DNA of 64,000 nucleotides from Anaerolineae bacterium (GTDB lineage Bacteria > Chloroflexota > Anaerolineae > S140-20). The stretch is taken from contig JALUTT010000056.1 of the NCBI GenBank assembly GCA_027021705.1, forward strand, positions 32,001 to 96,000, written 5' to 3'. Shown piece by piece: positions 8,816-17,667 of this stretch. The notes under the pieces are model-generated. The model saw nothing but the letters and a program-made list of their open reading frames with translations. It was not told where the DNA came from and made no database searches. A program made the translations under genes and the position numbers. Numbering within the stretch: the stretch's first letter is position 1; each line of letters starts with the position of its first letter.

Positions 8816-9550
8816 ATGGGGGAGCCAGAGTCCATTTTATTGGTACAGGGGTTTGCGAAGGATACATTGGAGCCCATCCTGGAGCAAGCAGGTCTCTCGG
8901 TCGTGCGGGCCAGGAATGGCAAACAGGCCGTCGAGCAGGTGCAGAAGCGATTACCGGCCATTATCGTCGTGGATGTGACATCGTTGCGGATCGGCCGGCA
9001 GCGTCTCCGGCAAAAGCTGCGTCGTCTGGCCGGTGACCTTCCCATCATCTGGATCACCGATATGAGCAACGGGGTTGAGGCAAGTGGGCCAGCTGACTTT
9101 TATCTCACCCGCCCCTTCTCACCCCAGGAGCTGGTCACCCAAATCCGATCCCTGACTGAGTTGCGAGCCGGGGACTTGGTCTTCCACGTCCTGGAACGCA
9201 CCGTTTATCGGGGCGGGCGAGCAGTCCGACTGACTCCCAAGCAGGCCCGCCTGCTGGAGACCTTTATGCGCCACCCAGGAGAGGTGCTGAGCCGCCGCTT
9301 CCTGATGAAGCACGTCTGGAACACCGATTACCTGGGGGATACCCGTACCCTGGATGTTCACATCCGATGGGTGCGGCAGGCCATCGAGGAAAATCCCAGC
9401 CGTCCGGTGCTCCTGCGGACGGTGCGGGGGGTTGGGTATCGCTTCGAGGTCCCCCCGACATCCGGGGAAGAGGCCCTTGAAGCCCCCTCGGCACTGGAAG
9501 AGATCGGCCCTCCGCCGACGATGATGGAGGGCCTGTTGCCGGAGTCCTGA
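8816..9550 (+). CDS. OmpR/PhoB-family response regulator (degenerate receiver plus winged helix)
   Basis: C-terminal LTPKQARLL...VLSR...VW...DTRTLDVHIRWVRQAIE...LRTVRGVGYRF. Confidence 0.9.
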   Translation: MGEPESILLVQGFAKDTLEPILEQAGLSVVRARNGKQAVEQVQKRLPAIIVVDVTSLRIGRQRLRQKLRRLAGDLPIIWITDMSNGVEASGPADFYLTRPFSPQELVTQIRSLTELRAGDLVFHVLERTVYRGGRAVRLTPKQARLLETFMRHPGEVLSRRFLMKHVWNTDYLGDTRTLDVHIRWVRQAIEENPSRPVLLRTVRGVGYRFEVPPTSGEEALEAPSALEEIGPPPTMMEGLLPES

Positions 9551-9556
9551 GCCACG

Positions 9557-11044
9557 TTGGACGATCGAACCCGAAGACCGCATAGTCGGGTGGAGAGGTT
9601 GAGAGCGAACGCTGTCGGCCTCTCCCTCGCTTTTGGAGCGCCCCTGGGGCTTTTCCTCGCCACGATGGCCCCAGGGCTCACCTGGGCCCACGCCGGGGCC
9701 GACGGTGGGGACCTGATCACCGCCGCCTACACCCTGGGCATCCCCCATCCTCCCGGCTACCCTACCTATACTCTCCTGGCCTGGCTCTTCACCCGGCTGC
9801 CCGTGGGGAGTGTGGCTTGGCGCGTCCACCTGCTCTCCGCCGGAGCCACGGCGGGGGCGGCAGCGTTGCTCTTCGAGACCGTGCAGATGTGGGTCGGGGG
9901 AAGGGCCTGGAAGCGGACGGTGGCCGGCCTGGGCGCGGCCTGGAGCCTCGCCTTTGCCCCTCTGGTCTGGTCCCAAGCGATCATCGCCGAGGTCTACGGC
10001 GTCGCTCTCCTCTGGACGGGGCTGGTCTTGCTTCTGGCCTCCCGCCTAGCCCGGGCACCGGTCCCCGGGACGGCACGCCGCTGGGCCTTCCTCCTGGGGC
10101 TCTCCTGGAGCCTGGGGTTGGGGGTCCACCTGACCCTCGTCTTCCTGATCCCCCTGGTGATCTGGGCCGTCCATCGGTCGGAACGGGTCGCCTGGGCCTC
10201 CCTGGCGGGAGGCGTCCTGCTGGGCCTTGCCGTCTGGCTCTACCTGCCCCTGCGGGCCGGACGGGGAAGCGTCACCTGGGGGGAACCGACGGACTGGGCC
10301 GGCTTCTGGTGGCTGGCCTCAGGAGCCCTCTACCGGGGATACCTCTTCGCCCTGCCCGCCCAGGCCCTGCCCGCCCGCCTCGCCTTCCTGCTCCGGCGGA
10401 TGAGCGGTGACCTGGGGTGGCTGGGGGTGATCTGGGCCGGCTGGGGGGTGGGGTGGTTGAAGTCCCACCGCCCCGGCCTGCTGGGGGCAACGGCCCTCAG
10501 CGCAGGGCTCTTCACCGTTTACGCGGTGGGCTACAACACCGCCGACTCCTACGCCTACCTCCTCCCCGTCTTGGCCATCCTCGCTCTGTGGGCAGGGATC
10601 GGGCTGGGAGAGGTGGTGGCACGGGCCGGACGGCGCTGGGGACCGGTCCTGGCCCTGGGAGTGCCGCTGGTCGTGCTGGGGCTGAACTACTCCGCCCTCG
10701 ACCTGAGCCGGGAGCGGGAGGCGCGGGACTTCGTCGCCGGCGTTGAGGCGGCTGCGCCGCCGGGGGCCATCGTGGTGACGGACGCCGACGGCCAGACCTT
10801 CGCCCTCTGGTACGCCCGATTCGTCGAGGGACGACGCCCCGACCTGATCGTGGTGGACCGAGCACTGTGGGGTTATCCCTGGTATCGGCGCTGGCTGGCC
10901 CGGCGCTGGCCTGATCTGGCGGTCCCTTCCGGCGGAGGGGTAGAGGCACTTCTGACCGCCAATCCGGAGCGCCCCTTCTGCGAGGTCCCCGTGGTATGGG
11001 AGGGGGCTTTGACCTGCGTAACTGTTCACCCTCCCGCAGGTTAG
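9557..11044 (+). CDS. DUF2723 / TMEM260-like GT-C membrane glycosyltransferase (start uncertain)
   Basis: DGGDL...GIPHPPGYPTY, WSQAIIAEVY, YLPLR and YLLP motifs; many TM helices. Confidence 0.85.
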   Translation: MDDRTRRPHSRVERLRANAVGLSLAFGAPLGLFLATMAPGLTWAHAGADGGDLITAAYTLGIPHPPGYPTYTLLAWLFTRLPVGSVAWRVHLLSAGATAGAAALLFETVQMWVGGRAWKRTVAGLGAAWSLAFAPLVWSQAIIAEVYGVALLWTGLVLLLASRLARAPVPGTARRWAFLLGLSWSLGLGVHLTLVFLIPLVIWAVHRSERVAWASLAGGVLLGLAVWLYLPLRAGRGSVTWGEPTDWAGFWWLASGALYRGYLFALPAQALPARLAFLLRRMSGDLGWLGVIWAGWGVGWLKSHRPGLLGATALSAGLFTVYAVGYNTADSYAYLLPVLAILALWAGIGLGEVVARAGRRWGPVLALGVPLVVLGLNYSALDLSREREARDFVAGVEAAAPPGAIVVTDADGQTFALWYARFVEGRRPDLIVVDRALWGYPWYRRWLARRWPDLAVPSGGGVEALLTANPERPFCEVPVVWEGALTCVTVHPPAG

Positions 11045-11200
11045 GCGCGTTTCCGACGCGAAACCGTGCTTCAAATAGCCCATCGGGGCTGAAAGCGCCC
11101 TCGACCGGTGACCTGCGGGGGGGTAAGCTGATCTGGCCTGCGGGGAGTAGGACGTATCAGCTTTCAAGGCAGGGCTTATCAACGCTTTAACCTGGCGCAG

Positions 11201-11229
11201 TTGACGGAAAGAGGGAGTTGGTTTACAAT
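11201..11229 (+). promoter_or_regulatory. sigma70-type promoter for the surface-protein/glycan locus
   Basis: TTGACG-17 nt-TACAAT. Confidence 0.65.
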
Positions 11230-11334
11230 TTGCCTTTAGTCTCCCCTACCACAACGTGTTGGGGGGCTCCGGCGTCTCGGAGGGGCGACGCAGAGCTGAA
11301 TCTGCCGGGCTAACACGTGTTTAGGAGGAAAACG

Positions 11335-11736
11335 ATGGCGCAAGGACGATGGTTTATTGGGCTCCTAGTCCTGGGGCTCCTGGTTGGCGTAGGCAGCCAG
11401 GCGCTTGGCGGACGTGTCGTGTGGGCCGTAGGTCCCCACAGCGCCTTCCGTCAGACGGTCCCGACGCCGACGCCGACACCTGTCCCCCCCACTCCCACGC
11501 CTCTGCCCCCACCTCCGACAGCGACACCGGTCCCCCCGCCTCCCCCTACGGCGACGGTCACGGCCCCGGAGCCGACGCCGACGGCTCTGGTGGGCGGGGT
11601 CTCCGTGCAGGCGGATCCATCCCTGCTACCGGAAGCGGGCAGCCGGCTTCCCCTGAGGGGTTGGATCGGCGGTGGGCTGATGCTGCTGGGTATGGTGGCC
11701 TGGACCCTTGCCCTCTGGCGCAGAGGGCTTCGATGA
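11335..11736 (+). CDS. Small secreted Pro/Thr-rich protein with an LPxTG-like sorting signal
   Basis: AGGAGG RBS; signal peptide; PT repeats; LPEAG followed by a hydrophobic helix and WRRGLR tail. Confidence 0.75.
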   Translation: MAQGRWFIGLLVLGLLVGVGSQALGGRVVWAVGPHSAFRQTVPTPTPTPVPPTPTPLPPPPTATPVPPPPPTATVTAPEPTPTALVGGVSVQADPSLLPEAGSRLPLRGWIGGGLMLLGMVAWTLALWRRGLR

Positions 11737-11751
11737 AAAGGGAGAAGAGCT

Positions 11752-13416
11752 TTGGATCGCAATCGGCTCCTAAACCTCACCCTCCTCGTTGTGGCCGGCC
11801 TGGCGGCAGTCTCACTGGCAGTGTCCGCCAGCCGTTCCGACTGGGCCACGGCCTCTCAACCTGCGGAACGGCTGACCATTCCTACCCCCACCCCCACCCT
11901 GGTGCCCTCGTCCTACGCCCCCGTCGTCGTCAAGAACTATCCCTCCCTCAGCCAGGCAGCAGCCACCACCTTTCCCAACTGCCGCTACGGTGTCGCCGCC
12001 TGGCAAAACCAGATGCAGAACTTCGACATCGTCTCCAATCTGGGGGTGGGTTGGTACCTGGACTTCACGACCCACGAGACCCCTCCGGGACCGGCCCAAG
12101 CCGAATACGTGCAGATGGTCCGGCTGTCGCAGGATCGGGGGGAGAGCGACACCTGTGGGCCTGACTACGGCTACTCGGTCTCGCCTCCTCTGACGGACGC
12201 CGGCCTGGGTGCGCTGGTGGACGCCAACCCGGGGGCGCTGTGGATCGTCGGCAACGAGCCAGACCGCCGAACGGTGCAGGATGACATCTGTCCGCAGCAG
12301 TACGCCGAAGCCTACCACGACGTCTACCAGTTCATCAAAAGTCGGGACCCAACGGCCCAGGTCGCCGTGGCCGGCCTGGTGGAGGTCTCCCCGGGCCGCC
12401 TGCAGTACCTGGACATCGTCTGGGAGACCTACCTGGAGAAGTACGGCACGCCAATGCCGGTGGACGTGTGGACCGTCCACGTCTACATCCTGTCGGAGTC
12501 GAACGAGGGCGACGCCCACATCGCCCTGGGCACCGATCCCGCCCTGGCCATCCCCCACAGCTCCGATTGTGCCGACCCCAACTCCTACTGCTACGCTGAG
12601 CACGACGACGTGAACCTCTTCGCCGAGCAGATCGTGAGGATGCGGGAGTGGATGAAACGCCGTGGTCAGCAGAACAAGCCCCTGCTGATCACCGAGTACG
12701 GTATCCTGCTCCCCTATAACTACTACGGCACCTGCACCCTCGAAACCTGCCCGCCGGAGGGAGCGCCGGGCTGCTTCTGTGACGAGAACAAGGAAACCTT
12801 CCACCCTCGGCGTGTCGCCGACTACATGACGGCCACCTTCGACTACCTGATGACGGCGACCGACCCAGACCTGGGCTATCCCGCCGATAACTACCGTCTG
12901 GTCCAACAGTGGCTCTGGTTCAGCCTGGCCTACGATCGGGAGGGTCACGCCAGCAACTTGATGGACTCCGACACCTACACCCTTACCCTGCCGGGATGGA
13001 CCTGGCGCAACTACGTGGCGACCATCTCCCCCACGATCAACCTGATCCCGGCTCAGGTGCCGGTGATCGTGGCGCGATCCGCCAACGGCACGGGTCCGGT
13101 AACGGTTACCCTGACCGCTGAGGTGAGGAACAACGGCAACGCCACCTCGGCAGGGACGGTGACCGTCACCTTTTACAGCGACGCAGGATTGACGACACCC
13201 ATCGGCTCGGCGACTTTCACCGACCTGGGAGGGTGTGCGCGACGCGCAGCCGTGGTGACGACCACGTGGGCCAATCTGGAGACGGGCTTGCATCCCTTCT
13301 GGGTGCGGGTGGATAGCACCGACGTGATCAACGAGAATGGGGAGGCAGACAACGTCGCGCAGGGAGCGGTTATGGTCAACCCCTTCGATCTCTTCCTCCC
13401 AGTACTTCTGCGATGA
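11752..13416 (+). CDS. Secreted clan GH-A-like glycoside hydrolase domain with C-terminal CARDB domain
   Basis: Signal peptide; WIVGNEPD (acid/base) and LLITEYG (nucleophile); CARDB-like VRNNG...VD...E.NE.DN; ends FLPVLLR. Confidence 0.7.
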   Translation: MDRNRLLNLTLLVVAGLAAVSLAVSASRSDWATASQPAERLTIPTPTPTLVPSSYAPVVVKNYPSLSQAAATTFPNCRYGVAAWQNQMQNFDIVSNLGVGWYLDFTTHETPPGPAQAEYVQMVRLSQDRGESDTCGPDYGYSVSPPLTDAGLGALVDANPGALWIVGNEPDRRTVQDDICPQQYAEAYHDVYQFIKSRDPTAQVAVAGLVEVSPGRLQYLDIVWETYLEKYGTPMPVDVWTVHVYILSESNEGDAHIALGTDPALAIPHSSDCADPNSYCYAEHDDVNLFAEQIVRMREWMKRRGQQNKPLLITEYGILLPYNYYGTCTLETCPPEGAPGCFCDENKETFHPRRVADYMTATFDYLMTATDPDLGYPADNYRLVQQWLWFSLAYDREGHASNLMDSDTYTLTLPGWTWRNYVATISPTINLIPAQVPVIVARSANGTGPVTVTLTAEVRNNGNATSAGTVTVTFYSDAGLTTPIGSATFTDLGGCARRAAVVTTTWANLETGLHPFWVRVDSTDVINENGEADNVAQGAVMVNPFDLFLPVLLR

Positions 13417-16001
13417 AGCGAGCCCGGAACCTGGTGGACGAAGGTCTATCGGCCCAAGGGCCTGATGAGCGTCCCCCCAGGGGGGACGCTCAAGGGCATC
13501 CGTTCACCTCGCTAGTGAGAAAGCGTTCTCTCGCCCTGGCCATCTCCCTGTTCGCTCTGAGCTTTGCCACCTATTACCGCACGCTGCAACCCTCCGTAGG
13601 CGATTTCGGGGACAGCGCCAAGTTCCAACTCGCTGCCTACACGCTGAGCGTTCCCCACGCAACGGGCTATCCCCTTTACATCGCCCTCGCCAAGCTCTTC
13701 ACCCTGCTTCCCATCCGTGACGTGGCTTTTCGGGTGAACCTCTTCTCCGCCCTATCGGCGGCGCTGGCCGTCGCATTCCTGGGGGCCGTGATCCGGCGGA
13801 AGACCGGCAGCCTGGTAGCTGCCGGCACTGCCGCGCTCCTCTTCGCCTGGTCCCCCACCTTCTGGTCCCAGGCCGTCATCGCCGAAGTCTATGCGCTCCA
13901 CGCTGCCCTGATGGCTCTGCTCCTCCTGTTCCTCTTCCGCTGGCAGGAGCGGGGGGAGCGCTCTCTGTACGCGGGCTTCCTCGCCGTCTACGCCCTCGGC
14001 CTCGGCAACCACGCCTCGATGGTCCTGCTCGCACCCGCCTTGCTCTGGCTCGTGGGGACGACGGACCGTCGGATGCTGACGCAGCCCCGCAACCTGGCCC
14101 TCGCTGCCGGCATCCTGGCGCTGGGAGCCAGTCAGTACGGCCTCCTATACCTCCGAGCCCGCCAGCATCCCCCCTTCTGCGAGTACTGCCCCGACACCCC
14201 CGCGAAGCTGCGATGGTACCTGTCGGGAGCCCAGTTCCGCTCCCACTTCTTCGCTTTCTCCTGGCAGGAAGTGGGAAAGCGTGTCGCCGGCTATGTCCAT
14301 CTGCTGTGGGCCGAGTACGGCTCACTCCCGTTGGGGGCGGGTCTCCTAGGGGTGCTCTCCTCGGCCCGGACCGGATGGCGAAGACAGATCTTCCTGTTGC
14401 TGGCTTTTCTGTCCACCGTGCTCTTCGCCACGAGCTACGACGTCCCCGACTACGCCAACTTCCTGATCCCCTCTTACCTCATCTTCGCCCTCTGGATCGG
14501 GGATGGCTTCGCAGCCCTCATCCGCCGGATGGCCTGGCTGGCCCGGCAGGTGGGCGGGAGCAGGCTCTATGTGCGCCTACCCGGAGGCTGGACAAACCTG
14601 GGTCGTGGAGCCCTGGTCTTGGCGATGCTGGGGCTGGCGGTCCGCCCCCTCTACGCCAACTACGCCGTGGTGGACGAGAGCCGCAACAACTCAGCACGGG
14701 AGGAGGCCACAACGCTGTTGGACATGCTGGAGGAAGAGGCCCTCCTCGTTTTGCCCCCCTGCTGTGACTTCTACAACCAAGCTATGGGGATCCGATACCT
14801 GCAACTGGTCGAAGGGGTACGGCCCGACGTGGCGGTCTACACCCTCCCCTACGTCCGAAAGGAGCCCGGTCGCGTCGTCCGCCCTTCCTTCACGCCCCAA
14901 GGGAAACCGGAGCGAATGGTGCTCCAGGCAGAGGGAGGACGCCTCCGGCCCGCCTACCTCCCTTGGCTGAGCGCTCCTCGCCGTGCCGTCGTAGAGGAGG
15001 AGTTCCTGCTGCGGCCCGTAGACTCTTCCCAGGTCCCCATCGCCGACCTGCTGGCAGCGGTGCCGACCGGCGCCATCGTGGTCCTGGTCGCCCGCCAGCC
15101 CCTCCCCTTTCCCCTCGCCGATGCCCAGACTCAAGGTGCCGTGGCCGCCGCCCTGCGCCGGCTGGGGTTTGACGGGGTCGTGTGGCGTGGGTGGGGGGCT
15201 CACGTCCTCATCGGTGTGGAGGGGGCCGAGCCGGGCACGGCCCTCAGTCGGTGGGATCCCCAGCGGGTTGAAGTCCGGCTGCGGCCAGGGGATCCCATCG
15301 GATCCACCGGCACCGTCGCCCCTGTAGCCCTCCGGCTCATCTCGGCGGGAGACGATGCCGACATCATCGTCAACGGCACCAACGTCTCCCCCCACCACTG
15401 GGGCTACAACCTGGCCATCCTCGACCCACGGTCAGGCGACCTGGTGGAGACCGCCTACTTCGACGTGACGAGTTTCCGGGTCAACAACGTGCGGGTGTAC
15501 CGCATCGCCGCCGTCCGCGATGGCGAGCGGATTGTGCGGATGGATCCTACCGTCTGGCGTCCACCGAGGGAGCAACTGGACTTCCGAGATCCGGCGGTCA
15601 CCTGGTTTCTGGAGGAGGGATGGTCCGCCCCCGAACCTTGGGGAACGTGGGCAACAGGCCGGGAGTCCCGGCTTCAGGTCAGCCTGCCTCCCGGCCCTCC
15701 CTACCGGTTGACGATGGAAGTGGTGCCCTACTGTCCCACCCCCAACGCCCGCCAGACCATCCGCGTGCTCTGGAATGGCACACCATTGCAAGATTTGGCC
15801 TTCGAGGGCTGCCGCTCCCAGACGTTTAGCCTTTCGCTGCCAGCCGGACTCGTCAGCGGCGATGTGGACCAACTGACCTTCCGGTATGGCTATGCCATCT
15901 CTCCCTTCGAGGCTTCGGGGGGGAGCGACGGGGACCGTCGCCAACTCGCGGTTGGCTTCACACGGCTGCGATTTGAGCCCTTGGCCGAGGAGGACCGGTG
16001 A
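13413..16001 (+). CDS. DUF2723 GT-C glycosyltransferase with ILEI/FAM3-like and C-terminal beta-sandwich domains
   Basis: GDSAKFQ...VPHATGYPLY, FWSQAVIAEVY; GYNLAILDP...FD ILEI-like; GWSAPEPWGTW...DRRQLAVG. Confidence 0.8.
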   Translation: MKRARNLVDEGLSAQGPDERPPRGDAQGHPFTSLVRKRSLALAISLFALSFATYYRTLQPSVGDFGDSAKFQLAAYTLSVPHATGYPLYIALAKLFTLLPIRDVAFRVNLFSALSAALAVAFLGAVIRRKTGSLVAAGTAALLFAWSPTFWSQAVIAEVYALHAALMALLLLFLFRWQERGERSLYAGFLAVYALGLGNHASMVLLAPALLWLVGTTDRRMLTQPRNLALAAGILALGASQYGLLYLRARQHPPFCEYCPDTPAKLRWYLSGAQFRSHFFAFSWQEVGKRVAGYVHLLWAEYGSLPLGAGLLGVLSSARTGWRRQIFLLLAFLSTVLFATSYDVPDYANFLIPSYLIFALWIGDGFAALIRRMAWLARQVGGSRLYVRLPGGWTNLGRGALVLAMLGLAVRPLYANYAVVDESRNNSAREEATTLLDMLEEEALLVLPPCCDFYNQAMGIRYLQLVEGVRPDVAVYTLPYVRKEPGRVVRPSFTPQGKPERMVLQAEGGRLRPAYLPWLSAPRRAVVEEEFLLRPVDSSQVPIADLLAAVPTGAIVVLVARQPLPFPLADAQTQGAVAAALRRLGFDGVVWRGWGAHVLIGVEGAEPGTALSRWDPQRVEVRLRPGDPIGSTGTVAPVALRLISAGDDADIIVNGTNVSPHHWGYNLAILDPRSGDLVETAYFDVTSFRVNNVRVYRIAAVRDGERIVRMDPTVWRPPREQLDFRDPAVTWFLEEGWSAPEPWGTWATGRESRLQVSLPPGPPYRLTMEVVPYCPTPNARQTIRVLWNGTPLQDLAFEGCRSQTFSLSLPAGLVSGDVDQLTFRYGYAISPFEASGGSDGDRRQLAVGFTRLRFEPLAEEDR

Positions 16002-16004
16002 CCT

Positions 16005-17270
16005 GTGACGCCCGTTCTGGAGTTTGAGCACGTCGCCAAGAAGTTTATCCTGCGCCCCACCAAGCCCCGCTCCCTGCAGGAGATGGTCATCGCCTGGCTC
16101 CGGCGGCAGAAGGCGGAGAGCAAGGAGTTCTGGGTCCTGCGGGACATCTCGCTGACGGTCCGGCGGGGGGAGGTCGTCGGCGTCGTCGGCGACAATGGTA
16201 CCGGCAAGAGCACGTTGCTGAAGCTGGCCGCCCGGATCATCGAGCCTACCCGGGGGAAGGTGGTGGTCAACGGGCGGGTGGGGGCCTTGCTGGAGCTGGG
16301 CGTCGGTTTTCACCCCGACCTAACGGGACGGGAGAACATCTACTTGAGCGCAGCCCTGGTGGGGCTGAGCCGGCGAGAGATCCTCCCCCTCGTGGAGGAG
16401 ATCATCGCCTTCTCCGGCATCGGGGAGTTCATTGATGTTCCCGTCCGCCACTACTCCTCCGGCATGCTGGTTCGGCTGGGCTTCTCCGTCGCCACCAGCA
16501 TCAAACCCGACATCCTGCTGGTGGACGAAGTGCTGGTCGTGGGCGATCAGACCTTCCGCCAGCAGTGCGTGCAGCGTATCGAAGAGATGCGGGCCGAGGG
16601 CACCGCCATCCTCTACGTCTCCCACAACCTGGACGAGATCCGCCGCCTCTGCGATCGGGCCCTCTGGCTCGACGAAGGGCTGATCCAAGTCGAGGGCCAT
16701 CCCGACGAGGTGGTGCAAGCTTACATGAACCACACCCTCCGAGAACGCCAGCTGAAGGTCCGGGCGCTGGGTGATCAACAGTGGCGGGGGTGGCACCTGG
16801 GCAGCGGCGAGGTGGAGATCACCGGTATCTTCACCCTGAACGGCGAAGGAGACCTGTGCGACACCTTCGTGAGTGGCTCCCCCTTCGTCGTGCGCATTGA
16901 CTACCGCTGCCGCCAACCTGTCGCGGCGATGGCCTTTGGGCTGAGCATCTACACCGAGGATGGCATCTGGGTCACCAGCCCCAACTCCATCGCCCAGGCC
17001 GACCGTCTCGCCCCCGGCCCTTCGGGGAGCGTCTACTACGTGGTGGACAGCCTGCCGCTGCGGGCGGGTACTTATGAACTCACCGCAGCCGTCTTCGATC
17101 CCACAGCACCGGAGTACAAGCCCTACGATCACCTCCACCGGGTGCATCAGTTCACCGTGCAGGAGGGGGCGATGCCCCAGGACGGCCTGGTGGAGCTCCC
17201 CCACCGCTGGCTGGACGAGGAGGGGTGGACCCGGCTGCACGACCATCGGGAGAAGGTGGGCTATGGATGA
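16005..17270 (+). CDS. wzt: Polysaccharide ABC transporter ATP-binding protein with C-terminal carbohydrate-binding domain
   Basis: GDNGTGKST, GFHPDLTGREN, YSSGMLVRLGF, LVDEVL; GSGEVEI Wzt_C start. Confidence 0.9.
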   Translation: MTPVLEFEHVAKKFILRPTKPRSLQEMVIAWLRRQKAESKEFWVLRDISLTVRRGEVVGVVGDNGTGKSTLLKLAARIIEPTRGKVVVNGRVGALLELGVGFHPDLTGRENIYLSAALVGLSRREILPLVEEIIAFSGIGEFIDVPVRHYSSGMLVRLGFSVATSIKPDILLVDEVLVVGDQTFRQQCVQRIEEMRAEGTAILYVSHNLDEIRRLCDRALWLDEGLIQVEGHPDEVVQAYMNHTLRERQLKVRALGDQQWRGWHLGSGEVEITGIFTLNGEGDLCDTFVSGSPFVVRIDYRCRQPVAAMAFGLSIYTEDGIWVTSPNSIAQADRLAPGPSGSVYYVVDSLPLRAGTYELTAAVFDPTAPEYKPYDHLHRVHQFTVQEGAMPQDGLVELPHRWLDEEGWTRLHDHREKVGYG

Positions 17271-17667
17271 GCGGAGGAAGCAGGAAGAAGCCTGGTGGGA
17301 AGTCCGAGAACAGCCTTTCCGTTCTGACAAGCCGTTCATCGGCCCCCTGATCGTCAGGGTGCGCAGCCTCTGGAACAGCGTGGCGACCAAGTGGTACGTT
17401 CGTCCCCTGATCCAGCAGCAGAACGCGATCAACCGCCGGCTGGTGGAGATCAACCGGCAGTTGCGTGAGGAAGTGGAACAACTGCGGGAGGAGTTGCAGG
17501 TTGCCCAGGAGACCATCGTCGCCCTGGACCGAGAGCTGACCGAAGTCCGACGGCTCCAGGCCCGGACCCTCTATCGGTCGTGGGAGGAGGCTGACCACCT
17601 GCATCCTCCCTCTGAGGCTCCGGGGGAGAGCCTGGCCGGGCCGGAGGAGGGTCGGGAGCAGGGATGA
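17263..17667 (+). CDS. Small coiled-coil hypothetical protein
   Basis: ATG 17263 overlaps the wzt end and the stop overlaps the next start; SDKPFIGPLI...WYVRPLIQQQNAIN followed by heptads. Confidence 0.7.
   Translation: MDERRKQEEAWWEVREQPFRSDKPFIGPLIVRVRSLWNSVATKWYVRPLIQQQNAINRRLVEINRQLREEVEQLREELQVAQETIVALDRELTEVRRLQARTLYRSWEEADHLHPPSEAPGESLAGPEEGREQG

Noticed and set aside
11240..11325. c-di-AMP (ydaO) riboswitch suggested by gctgaatc and gctaac words
   Set aside because: Order, spacing and length do not fit the ydaO consensus. Only a generic acgtgttgg/ctaacacgt stem is supportable.
11455..11585. Short ccgacg-type tandem repeats
   Set aside because: They simply encode the Pro/Thr linker.
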